The translations under genes and the position numbers were made by a program. The notes below the pieces were generated by a model. The model was not told where the DNA came from, did no database searches, and saw only the letters and a list, made by a program, of their open reading frames with translations. From Candidatus Latescibacterota bacterium (GTDB taxonomy: Bacteria; Latescibacterota; UBA2968; GCA-2709665), in NCBI GenBank assembly GCA_965237675.1, contig OZ250150.1, positions 5,184,001 to 5,248,000 on the forward strand: a stretch of 64,000 bases of DNA. The letters run 5' to 3'. Positions 1-8,621 of this stretch are shown piece after piece. The stretch's first letter is position 1. Every line of letters starts with the position of its first letter.

Positions 1-453
1 CGATAACTGGAAGGCCTCGCCAAATGTCTTGTTGTCCAGCGCTTCCTTGAACTTCAGAACCAGGGGATGAAACCGCATGCAGTAGGCCACCATCAGGACA
101 CGGTCGTTCCTTTGAGCAGCCTCGATCATCTGCAGGCATTCCCGCTCACTGTTGGCCATCGGCTTTTCCACCAGCACGTGCTTGCCCGCATCCAGACAAC
201 GAACCGTTACCGGATGGTGAAGATGATGCGGCAGCACCACAAGCACGGCGTCCACGTGGTCCAGGACCTCTTCATAGTCCGTCGCAACCAATGGCTCATT
301 GGGGAAAACCCCCGCAACCGTCTGCGCCCGCGCCAGATCAATATCCACCACGGCCGAAATCTCCACGCGGTGCAGAACCTCACTCATCCGGCTGGCATGG
401 CCCCGTGCCATTCCACCACATCCGATAATTCCCACCCTTGTTCGCCGTGCCAT
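1..453 (-). CDS. Gfo/Idh/MocA family oxidoreductase (5' part; runs off the window)
   Basis: Manual translation from ATG at 453: MARRTRVGIIGCGGMARGHASRM..., a Rossmann GxGxxA start. A later KHVLVEKPMA motif and an upstream GGAGG RBS support it. Not in the ORF track because it has no stop in the window. Confidence 0.85.
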   Translation of the reverse strand, partial: MARRTRVGIIGCGGMARGHASRMSEVLHRVEISAVVDIDLARAQTVAGVFPNEPLVATDYEEVLDHVDAVLVVLPHHLHHPVTVRCLDAGKHVLVEKPMANSERECLQMIEAAQRNDRVLMVAYCMRFHPLVLKFKEALDNKTFGEAFQLS

Positions 454-484
454 TTCTCTTTCCTCCGTTTCTCCTCGATCGGAT

Positions 485-1522
485 TTATGACCCTTCTCCG
501 TCTTCCCATTCGAAGATCACTTTGCCCGTCGCTCCGGTATCGAAGGTCGCGAACGCTTCACGCGCCTGCTCGATACGAAAGCGATGGGTCACGATTTCGT
601 CCAGCGGAACCCGGTGCGTCTGCAGAAACGCGACGGCATCGAAATAAGCGCCCATCGAATACACGGAATTGCCTCTGAGCGTCAGCTCTTTTCGAAGGAT
701 ATCCATAAAGTCAATCTCAAGCGACGCGGCGCCGGCACCCACATAAACCACCGTCCCGTGCAATCCCGCGACCGCCGCCGCCTGTGTACGCGCGGCGCCA
801 CTCCCCGAGCACTCCACAACCCCGGCCGCTCCTTGTCCGCCTGTCAGATCTCCGATCGCCTCAACCGGGTCGTTCTCCTTTGCGTTTATCACAGCCCCGC
901 CACCGATACGTTCCGCAAGATCTATCCTGTACGGGTTGATGTCCACGCCGAACGTCCGATATCCCATCGACGCGCCCATCAACAGCGTTGTTAAACCTAC
1001 CGGCCCCAAACCGAACACCACAAGCGGGTCACCGTGACGCCCGGGCACCTTGTTTACAGCCGAAAAGGCAGTCCCCGCTGTGCACGCCAACTGCGTTCCA
1101 ACAGCAAACGAGAAATTATCCGGAAGCGGCATACAGTACCGTGCGTCCGTAACCATATAGTCTGCATGGGCACCGTCACGAGTCCGGCCAAAAGCTCCCT
1201 GGCCCGAACAGAACACGGGCGTCCCGGATAGGCAGACCGCACAATGTCCGCACCCCACCGTGTGATAAACACTGACCCTGTCACCCGCGGACACATTCGA
1301 AACATCCGCCCCCACCTCAGCCACAATCCCGGCAGGTTCGTGTCCGGAAATCATCCCCTCCCGCTCCCGCGCCCACTCCCGGCTACTTTGATATTTGTGC
1401 AGATCACTCCCGCAGAGGCCGGCCACCCTCATTTCAATGACCACCTGTCCGGGTCCGGGTTCCGGCGTGTCAAATTCCCGAACTTCCACTTCACTTTCGC
1501 CGAGATACACGACACCCTTCAT
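485..1522 (-). CDS. Zinc-dependent alcohol dehydrogenase (MDR family)
   Basis: Motifs LCGSDLH and GHEPAG, structural Zn site CGHCAVC...C, nucleotide-binding GLGPVG. Confidence 0.92.
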   Translation of the reverse strand: MKGVVYLGESEVEVREFDTPEPGPGQVVIEMRVAGLCGSDLHKYQSSREWAREREGMISGHEPAGIVAEVGADVSNVSAGDRVSVYHTVGCGHCAVCLSGTPVFCSGQGAFGRTRDGAHADYMVTDARYCMPLPDNFSFAVGTQLACTAGTAFSAVNKVPGRHGDPLVVFGLGPVGLTTLLMGASMGYRTFGVDINPYRIDLAERIGGGAVINAKENDPVEAIGDLTGGQGAAGVVECSGSGAARTQAAAVAGLHGTVVYVGAGAASLEIDFMDILRKELTLRGNSVYSMGAYFDAVAFLQTHRVPLDEIVTHRFRIEQAREAFATFDTGATGKVIFEWEDGEGS

Positions 1523-1922
1523 GCCCTCATCTCCCGATTATTGGATTCCCGGGTCAATTCCACCATCCTTCTCACGGCGTACCCCGTGCGCATCTGCGTT
1601 CCACATTTCCAGAATGCGCCGCAGTCTGCAATTGAAATCTCCCCGTTGATTGCCTATCTTGGGTTCCGCGCCGAACTGATGGGAGGACGGTCGATCCGAA
1701 TGGCGTTGCGAATGTCCGGACCGCGTCGTCGGAATCCGCCTGCAAATAACGGTGCTTACACGCCTGAAAAGCGTTATCCTTTATGGGAATCGGGCCACCC
1801 GCTATGATCGTTTAGCCATGATACTGCGAACCCCGACCCCATGCAAGGAGACATTGTATCGGAACGCCGACAAAGCGCCACCCATTCCCTCGCAGGCGCC
1901 CTCGGATCCGTTTCACGGCGCG

Positions 1923-2261
1923 CCGGGCAGATCGCAATCGCGCGCGAAAAATCCGAAATCCACGACATGGCGGAAACCTACCGGCAGAGAATCTCGTTCT
2001 GCTACGATGCCCTGGGTTCGACATACGGTATCAAGGTCAGTCCTCCCGAGGGGGCATTTTTCCTCTTTCCCCGGGTTGAGGGCGTCAGGGAACTCGTTCG
2101 CGTTCGCGCTTGAACTGCTCAGGCGACGGAAAGTCTCGGTTGCCCCGGGCATCGCTTTCGGCATTGGCGGTGAAGAATCGGTCCGCCTCTGCTGCGCCCC
2201 AGACCCATCTGTATTGGAACCTGCAATGGAACGTTTCTGTCGATTTGTGGAACAGAGATGA
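1923..2261 (+). pseudogene. Frameshifted C-terminal fragment of a class I/II PLP aminotransferase
   Basis: One frame reads ...MAETYRQRISFCYDAL...PEGAFFLFPRV. It continues after a frameshift near 2088 as FALELLRRRKVSVAPGIAFG...ESVRLC. The N-terminal two-thirds, including the PLP lysine, are absent. Confidence 0.75.
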
Positions 2262-2353
2262 AAAACACCGCTATTGACACGAGTCTCTAACCGTTGGCGT
2301 CGTTTCCGGGAAATTGGACGGGATGAAGCCAACCGTACGAATGGGAGAACCAT

Positions 2354-4084
2354 ATGAAGGATACAGGCATTTCCGAACCCCGATACAAGGTACGAGTAGA
2401 ACGTAATGTACCCGTAACCATGCGAGACGGCGCCGTCCTTCGAGCCGACATTTACCGTCCTGAAGAGGACGGGAAATACCCCGTCGTCGTGGAGCGGGTC
2501 GCCTACGAACTTGTCGGCCGGTGCACATCCAACGGGGAATTCTACGCAAGCCGGGGATTCGTCTTCGTGGGACAGAACGTACGCGGGACCTTCGCCTCCG
2601 AAGGCGATTGGCGACCCTTCCGCGACGACGGCTGGGGCGCCAACCGCGACGGATACGACACCATCGAATGGGCCGGAGTACAACCCTGGTCCAACGGTCA
2701 TGTGGGGATGGCCGACGGTTCCTATTCCGGTTTCACGCAGTACATGGTCGCGCCCACACGGCCTCCGCACCTGAAAGCGCTTTACGTGCGAGAGGGTGGC
2801 GGTGACCATTACAGCGGCTTCTGGTACCGGTATGGCGCGTATTCCCTGCCGTTCCGGAAATGGGCGATGCAGACTCTCCTGTCCCAGTTGGAACACGGAA
2901 GCGCCCCTCCGGGACTGGAGGCCGCACGTGCGCGCCTGACAGCGGCGTTGGATGAATTCCAAGACTGGGAGCGACACCTCCCACTCAAATCCCTCCCTCC
3001 CCTGGAAGGACTGCTCGATTGGTACTTTGAAGACCTCGACCACCCCGAAGACGGCGCCTACTGGTGGCCCACCAATATCAGCTCAAGATACGGCGACATA
3101 GAAACTCCTATGCTCCACTTTGGCGCCTGGTTCGATGTGTTCCTGGACGGCACGTTGCAGTGCTTCCAGGGCATTCGAAGACACGGTCGCACCAGGGCCT
3201 GCCGGGAAGGACAACGCCTGCTCATCGGACCCTGGATCCACGGTCCGGGGAATGCGGCAAAACAGGTCGCCGGCGAACTTGACTTCGGCCCCGATGCGGC
3301 CTTCGACATGAACGCGCACCGCCTGAAATGGTATGATTACTGGCTGAAGGGAATGGACAACGGCGTCATGGATGGCCCGCCAGTACGTATTTTCCTGATG
3401 GGAGAAAACCGCTGGCTGGACCTGGAAGACTGGCCGCCGGCCGGCATCACCTACCGGCCCGCGTATTTCCGCGAAGGATCCGGCAAGAATCAGTATTCGC
3501 TCAACAACGGCGGTCTGACCTTCGATCCGCCGCGTACGTCTGAACATCCCGACAGTCTTGCCTACGACCCGAACGACCCCATGCCCGGCCTGCGCTTCTA
3601 TCCCACGCTGGGGCCCATGGACCATCAGCACCTGGAAAGCGGAATGCTCACCTACACCTCGGCAGAACTGAAACGGGATCTGACCGTAATTGGCCCCGTC
3701 AAAGCCATTTTACACGCCCTGTCCTCAGCCCCGGATACAGACTGGGTGGTCAGACTCTGTGACGTGTGGCCGGATGGCCGTTCCATGCCCGTCTGCGACG
3801 GCATCCTGAGGGCGCGATTCCGAAACTCGTTGCAACGCCCCGAACTGTTGACGCCGGGCAGGATCTACAGGTTTGAAATAGACATGTCCGCCACGGGTCA
3901 GGTGTTCCAGGCGGGGCACTGCCTGCGCATAGAAATTACCAGCAGCGATTTCCCCCGGTACGACCGAAATTTGAACACCGGAGGCCCCTTCGGCGAAGAA
4001 ACGATTGGACAGGTCGCGGTCAACACCGTTTTCCACGACGCAAATCGGCCGTCATACGTCGTGTTGCCCGTTATGGATGCGTGA
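2354..4084 (+). CDS. CocE/NonD family hydrolase (peptidase S15)
   Basis: VTMRDGAVLRADIYRP, RGTFASEG, nucleophile GSYSG, GPWIHG, and C-terminal SSDFPRYDRNLNTG. Confidence 0.93.
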   Translation: MKDTGISEPRYKVRVERNVPVTMRDGAVLRADIYRPEEDGKYPVVVERVAYELVGRCTSNGEFYASRGFVFVGQNVRGTFASEGDWRPFRDDGWGANRDGYDTIEWAGVQPWSNGHVGMADGSYSGFTQYMVAPTRPPHLKALYVREGGGDHYSGFWYRYGAYSLPFRKWAMQTLLSQLEHGSAPPGLEAARARLTAALDEFQDWERHLPLKSLPPLEGLLDWYFEDLDHPEDGAYWWPTNISSRYGDIETPMLHFGAWFDVFLDGTLQCFQGIRRHGRTRACREGQRLLIGPWIHGPGNAAKQVAGELDFGPDAAFDMNAHRLKWYDYWLKGMDNGVMDGPPVRIFLMGENRWLDLEDWPPAGITYRPAYFREGSGKNQYSLNNGGLTFDPPRTSEHPDSLAYDPNDPMPGLRFYPTLGPMDHQHLESGMLTYTSAELKRDLTVIGPVKAILHALSSAPDTDWVVRLCDVWPDGRSMPVCDGILRARFRNSLQRPELLTPGRIYRFEIDMSATGQVFQAGHCLRIEITSSDFPRYDRNLNTGGPFGEETIGQVAVNTVFHDANRPSYVVLPVMDA

Positions 4085-4189
4085 CCTATATTCTCAAATC
4101 CACTGTGAATCTCTCTCGGCTCGCGAATTCGTGCATCGACGCAGGGCTTTTCAGAACTGCACGTCGGTTCTGTGCGGGGCTCCCGCAGC

Positions 4190-5653
4190 TTATTCTTCGG
4201 GAAACACATTACATTCTGGAGGCGCCCTCCAGAAACCCGCCAAATCGTGATCCACGGCCCCAGCCCACCGCCGTAACACACGCCTCCCCGCCGTCCGGCG
4301 TTGCAGTTTCGGCCCGATCGCGCCCCCGTCCCACCCTTCCAGAACCCGAGCCAGAAGCGCGGCCTTCACCTCTGCGCAGGCGGGATCGCCCGCCCGGTCT
4401 TCAAACTCCTGGGGATCCACATCGAGGTTGAACAGCTGCGGTTCATCGTATCCGTGGTAGGTGTTCAGTTTCCACGGGCCCTGGCGAACCATCCGCGCCG
4501 GCGGCTCGTCGGCGCCGCTGTAATTCTCCGAAAAGGTCTCATTCACCCAGGCAGCCGACCGCCCGTCCCCCTCCAGAAAACACCTCAGGCTCCGGCCTGC
4601 AACTTCCGGCAGCGGATCTCCACCCGCCAGGTCGATCATCGTAGGACCCACATCCAGAAGGCTTGTTACCGCATCCACGCGCCGCCCTTCTCCGAATCGC
4701 CCCGGAAAAGACACAATCATCGGCACGCCGGCAGACCCCTCGTAGAAGCTGCTCTTCCACCACATCCCGTGTTCGCCGGCCATCTCCCCATGATCCGAGA
4801 GATAGATCACCGCCGTATTCTCTCCGTACGACGTTGACGCCAGTGTCTCCAGCAACCGTCCGATCAGACCATCCAAAAACGTAACGAGTCCATAGTAGGC
4901 CGCACGTGCTCTGCGCACCGCTTCTTCGCTCAGTCCGTTTACGCCGCGCTTCTCACGCCAAAGACGGATCGCCGGATGCAGCCGGTCCAGGTAGCCCTCC
5001 GGCAACTCCGGAAGTTCCACCCGATGGTAATATTCTTCGTATAAGTCCTTGGGACAGATGAAGGGGCAATGCGGCAGCACATACCCCGTCATCAGACAGA
5101 AGGGTTGCTCGGCGCCAGTCCGGTCGCGGCGCGCAAGAAATTCACAACACGCTTCGGTCACCGCCACGTCGTAAGCCTGGTAGGATGTGCGCCCCGGTCC
5201 CGAAATTTCGACCGACCGACGGGATTGGCCCGTCGTCCCCGTTGGAATATGCCCCAGGTCGGGACCGGGTCCACCGGGAAACGGTCCCGACACATCTCCC
5301 ATAATACGCTGTTCGAAGCCGTGCCGCTGGTCCGGCCCCACATAGTGCATCCTGCCGCCCAACACCGTTTCGTATCCCACCAACCCGAGACCGTGCGCGA
5401 ATGTCGGAATATCCGACCTCAGAAAACAGGCATTGGACCACACCTCGATGTCAGAGGAATGCCGACCCGTGAGAAAAGTCATCCGCGACGGCACGCAAAG
5501 CGGCGATCCACAATAGGTATTCTCGAATAGCACGCCGCGTTCCGCCAGGGCGTCGAGGTGTGGCGTACGGACAATCCGATCCCCGCCACAACCCATATAC
5601 CGCCGGTTGTGCTGGTCTGACATAATCACCAGAAAATTCGGCTGGTCCGGCAA
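4190..5653 (-). CDS. Cys-type S1 sulfatase (choline-sulfatase-like)
   Basis: PNFLVIMSDQH, CxPxR motif CVPSRMTFLTG, SDHGEMAGEHG.WWK. Confidence 0.92.
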   Translation of the reverse strand: MPDQPNFLVIMSDQHNRRYMGCGGDRIVRTPHLDALAERGVLFENTYCGSPLCVPSRMTFLTGRHSSDIEVWSNACFLRSDIPTFAHGLGLVGYETVLGGRMHYVGPDQRHGFEQRIMGDVSGPFPGGPGPDLGHIPTGTTGQSRRSVEISGPGRTSYQAYDVAVTEACCEFLARRDRTGAEQPFCLMTGYVLPHCPFICPKDLYEEYYHRVELPELPEGYLDRLHPAIRLWREKRGVNGLSEEAVRRARAAYYGLVTFLDGLIGRLLETLASTSYGENTAVIYLSDHGEMAGEHGMWWKSSFYEGSAGVPMIVSFPGRFGEGRRVDAVTSLLDVGPTMIDLAGGDPLPEVAGRSLRCFLEGDGRSAAWVNETFSENYSGADEPPARMVRQGPWKLNTYHGYDEPQLFNLDVDPQEFEDRAGDPACAEVKAALLARVLEGWDGGAIGPKLQRRTAGRRVLRRWAGAVDHDLAGFWRAPPECNVFPEE

Positions 5654-5715
5654 GACAGGCCCCCCGCCCTTAGTTACTCTGACCTGAATCCGTTTTTTAA
5701 CGACGTACCAATATG

Positions 5716-6954
5716 TCAGGGAGCGCCCGAGCCGGATAGCGTCGCGAGCCGGATACGATGGTTGAACGTATCGGCAATATAGAGGTATCCGTTTGCCTCA
5801 TCAAACGCGACCCCCGCAGGCCGGTTCAACGCGGCCAACGTGGCTGGACCGCCGTCTCCGCTGAACCCCGCCTGCCCGTTTCCGGCCACCGTTGTAATCA
5901 TTCCGGAAGCCAGATCGATCGCCCGGATGCGGTGGTTCATCTCATCGGCGACGTACAACCTCCCGTCCGGGCCGAACTGAAGATCGCGCGGATTGTTCAA
6001 ACTCGCCTGTATGGCAGGGCCGCCGTCCCCACTGAACCCCGCGGCACCCGTGCCCGCAACGGTATCGATCCGATCCCTTTCAAAGTCCACACGTCGAATC
6101 CGCTGATTGTGCGTATCGGAAATAAAGAGCTTGCCATCCGGCGCCAGGGCCAATCCGCCAGCTGGCGGGGGATTGTTGCCTGCAGGGAAGTTCAGTTGCG
6201 CCATATGGGGAGGACCGCCGTCGCCACTGAATCCGGCCGCGCCCGTACCCACAACCGTGGTAATGACGCCATTGGGATCGATCTTTCGCACCCGCAGATT
6301 GCGCTGATCCAGAACATAGAGCGTATTGTCGGGAGCAAGCACCGTCTGCGAAGGATAGTTCAGAAGCGCATCCTCCGCGGGACCGCCGTCGCCCGCAAAA
6401 TCCGGCGTATCTCCCAGGAATACCCTCACCCTGCCACTGCCAGGGTCGAAAAGGCGCAGCTTGTGGTTTCGCCAGGCCGTCAGCAGAAATGCCCCGCCCG
6501 AAAGCTGGATGAGATGCGTCGGATGACTCAGATTGACGGACTTCCCCGACGCCCCCGGCGGGATCCGCTCGGATTGCCCGTAGGATCCGTCGCCCATAAA
6601 GCCGCTGCCGATCGCCGTCTCCAGCGTGCTATCGCCTATGGCCGCCCGCCGAACGCGATGGTTGTTCCAATCCAGAACATATACACGGCCCTCGGGCGTA
6701 ACCATCACATCGACCGGCCAGTAGAACGTAGAAAGCAACAGCACGCTGCCGTCTCCGTCCCAACCCGCATCTCCGGTTCCCGCCCAGGTGCAGATCGTCC
6801 CGGGCGTATCCGAACAGAGCGACGGCGGAGCAATGGGTTCGTCGTCGTCGGAATCGATCGGGTTGTCGTCACCGCAAGCCGCCAGAAAACAGGCCAGCAC
6901 CCCGACACAAAGCCAGAACCTGCCCCGCCGCAATCTCTCCATACCAATTCGCAT
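5716..6954 (-). CDS. NHL-repeat beta-propeller lipoprotein
   Basis: Lipobox LAAC. Repeated GFSGDGGPA..A.LN.P and ADTFNHRIR units. Confidence 0.88.
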   Translation of the reverse strand: MRIGMERLRRGRFWLCVGVLACFLAACGDDNPIDSDDDEPIAPPSLCSDTPGTICTWAGTGDAGWDGDGSVLLLSTFYWPVDVMVTPEGRVYVLDWNNHRVRRAAIGDSTLETAIGSGFMGDGSYGQSERIPPGASGKSVNLSHPTHLIQLSGGAFLLTAWRNHKLRLFDPGSGRVRVFLGDTPDFAGDGGPAEDALLNYPSQTVLAPDNTLYVLDQRNLRVRKIDPNGVITTVVGTGAAGFSGDGGPPHMAQLNFPAGNNPPPAGGLALAPDGKLFISDTHNQRIRRVDFERDRIDTVAGTGAAGFSGDGGPAIQASLNNPRDLQFGPDGRLYVADEMNHRIRAIDLASGMITTVAGNGQAGFSGDGGPATLAALNRPAGVAFDEANGYLYIADTFNHRIRLATLSGSGAP

Positions 6955-7066
6955 CTGCGCTTCCCCTCACACCTTGTCCCATCTGACCGGCCTGCCTGTG
7001 TCCTGTCCCGGAAAGAGATTGCCTCCTCTCGTCACAAAAGTCGCTTGCGGCCGGCCATCACGACCG

Positions 7067-8206
7067 TCAGAAGTCACTCGCGCACCGGAATCCGATCTTG
7101 TCATCCGTCGCAAACGGCGCATCGAACCATCGCGTGGTCGTGTCGGCAAGGTCCCGGAATGCCCACGAACCTCCCCGCAGCACCCGGTTCGCGCCCGTCT
7201 CCCCGCCCCTGGGATTTTCTCTTGGTGAATTGCTATAATAAAACGGGTCGAACCAGTCCTCGCACCATTCCCAGGCATTGCCGGACATATGGTGCGCCCC
7301 ATAGGGGCTTACACCCTTCGGATGGCTGCCGATGTCCACCGTACGGCCCACAAGATCGCCGATATTCGCATGCTCAGGCGTGGGTGTCGCTGTTCCCCAC
7401 GGGTAGGGCCGCCCATCCGTGCCACGAGCCGCCTTTTCCCACTGGGCTTCGGTGGGCAGGCGCATTCCGCGCCATTCGCAGTATGCCCTGGCGCCAAACC
7501 AGGTCACGTTCGTCACCGCCCGGTTGGCGAGATAAAACGCCTTCAGCACATATTCATCTTTGATGGTACGCCCCAGGTCTTCGCTTTCCTCATCATCGTC
7601 CCCTTCGAGCCCGGCCAGTACGTCTATTGAAATCCGGATATCGGCCTCTCTGGAATCCAAATTGTAGAGCACATTGTCTTCTGAGTCCAGGTTCCGATTC
7701 GCCGCATTCCGGTATGCGATATCCTCGTCGGTTTGCCATGGGGCCGTACGGCCGACCGTTTTGGTGCCCCGGTTCCTGTCGTTCAGGAACGCGATAAACT
7801 GAACGTTGTTCACCTCGTACTTGTCAATCCGGAACGCGTCCAGGTAGACGACATGTTCCGGCCCGTCCGGAGGCAGCCCCCGGTCGGTACCCATAATGAA
7901 ATCTCCCGCCGGAACCTCGAGGAGTTCATGCTTGAGTCTCGGCACCACGGGTCCGTCGACCACCTTCCGTCCGAAGAAAGATGCGAAAATCTCAAAGTCG
8001 GGCGCGTCGACCGTGCGGCTGCCGTCCAAATCGTATATCGCGTCTTCCGTTTGATAAGCCCGTGCAAAAAGGACAAAATCGGTCAGATCGATGATTCCAT
8101 TGCCGTCAAAGTCCACATCCTCAATGGTGATCCTGTCGGCCCACGCGCGCGCCGGGCAAAGTGCGAGTAAGACAGACAGGGCAAAACACAGAAGCACCTG
8201 CGCCAT
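7067..8206 (-). CDS. Secreted FGE-sulfatase (SUMF1/EgtB/PvdO) domain protein with N-terminal dockerin/EF-hand-like pair
   Basis: Signal peptide, then DFDGNGIIDLTDF and DLDGSRTVDAPDF. FGE-family motifs RLPTEAQWEKAARG, MSGNAWEW, RGGSW, GFRCA. ATG 8206 has an AAGGAG RBS. Confidence 0.88.
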   Translation of the reverse strand: MAQVLLCFALSVLLALCPARAWADRITIEDVDFDGNGIIDLTDFVLFARAYQTEDAIYDLDGSRTVDAPDFEIFASFFGRKVVDGPVVPRLKHELLEVPAGDFIMGTDRGLPPDGPEHVVYLDAFRIDKYEVNNVQFIAFLNDRNRGTKTVGRTAPWQTDEDIAYRNAANRNLDSEDNVLYNLDSREADIRISIDVLAGLEGDDDEESEDLGRTIKDEYVLKAFYLANRAVTNVTWFGARAYCEWRGMRLPTEAQWEKAARGTDGRPYPWGTATPTPEHANIGDLVGRTVDIGSHPKGVSPYGAHHMSGNAWEWCEDWFDPFYYSNSPRENPRGGETGANRVLRGGSWAFRDLADTTTRWFDAPFATDDKIGFRCASDF

Positions 8207-8247
8207 GTGCGAATTCTCCTTCACCGGCGTATGTTCCCGAACATTAG

Positions 8248-8407
8248 CAGCCCGTTGAAAAAGTCCATCCGGTCTGCGGCCGGCTCTTGTGACCGAATTA
8301 CTGCGTTGCGTTCCCTCTCCGAATCCCCCGATTCGACTCGGTCGCGCGCCTCGTCTTCGGTCACAATGTCTCGGCCTCGCCTGCAGAGCAACTTTTCCAA
8401 CGGACTG
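8248..8407. mobile_element. 160-bp MITE, copy 1
   Basis: Imperfect terminal inverted repeats CAGCCCGTTGAAAAAGT / ACTTTTCCAACGGACTG, flanked by TTAG on both sides. About 92% identical to 32831-32990. Confidence 0.85.
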
Positions 8408-8621
8408 TTAGACGACCTCTCTGGCGTTTTCTTTCGCGCGTCGGATGACAGCGCAAAGTATCTTCGCGTCGGTCCGCGCGCCACGACATCACATCAAATT
8501 GAACCGAAGGATTCCCACCCACCGGAGGGAGTTCGGTTTACCGAAAGACGTATCCCGGGCGGTTTCGGTGGATACACGAGTGGAACCTATTGGCGCCTTT
8601 CAGACGTGTTTTCGAAACGGC

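Noticed and set aside
5716-6954. Repeated DNA motifs that could mimic a CRISPR or tandem array
   Set aside because: They are coding NHL repeats. There are no identical repeats with unique spacers and no cas genes.
8221-8484. 87-aa ORF similar to the 86-aa ORF at 32753-33013
   Set aside because: The similarity comes entirely from the shared MITE; not a protein family.
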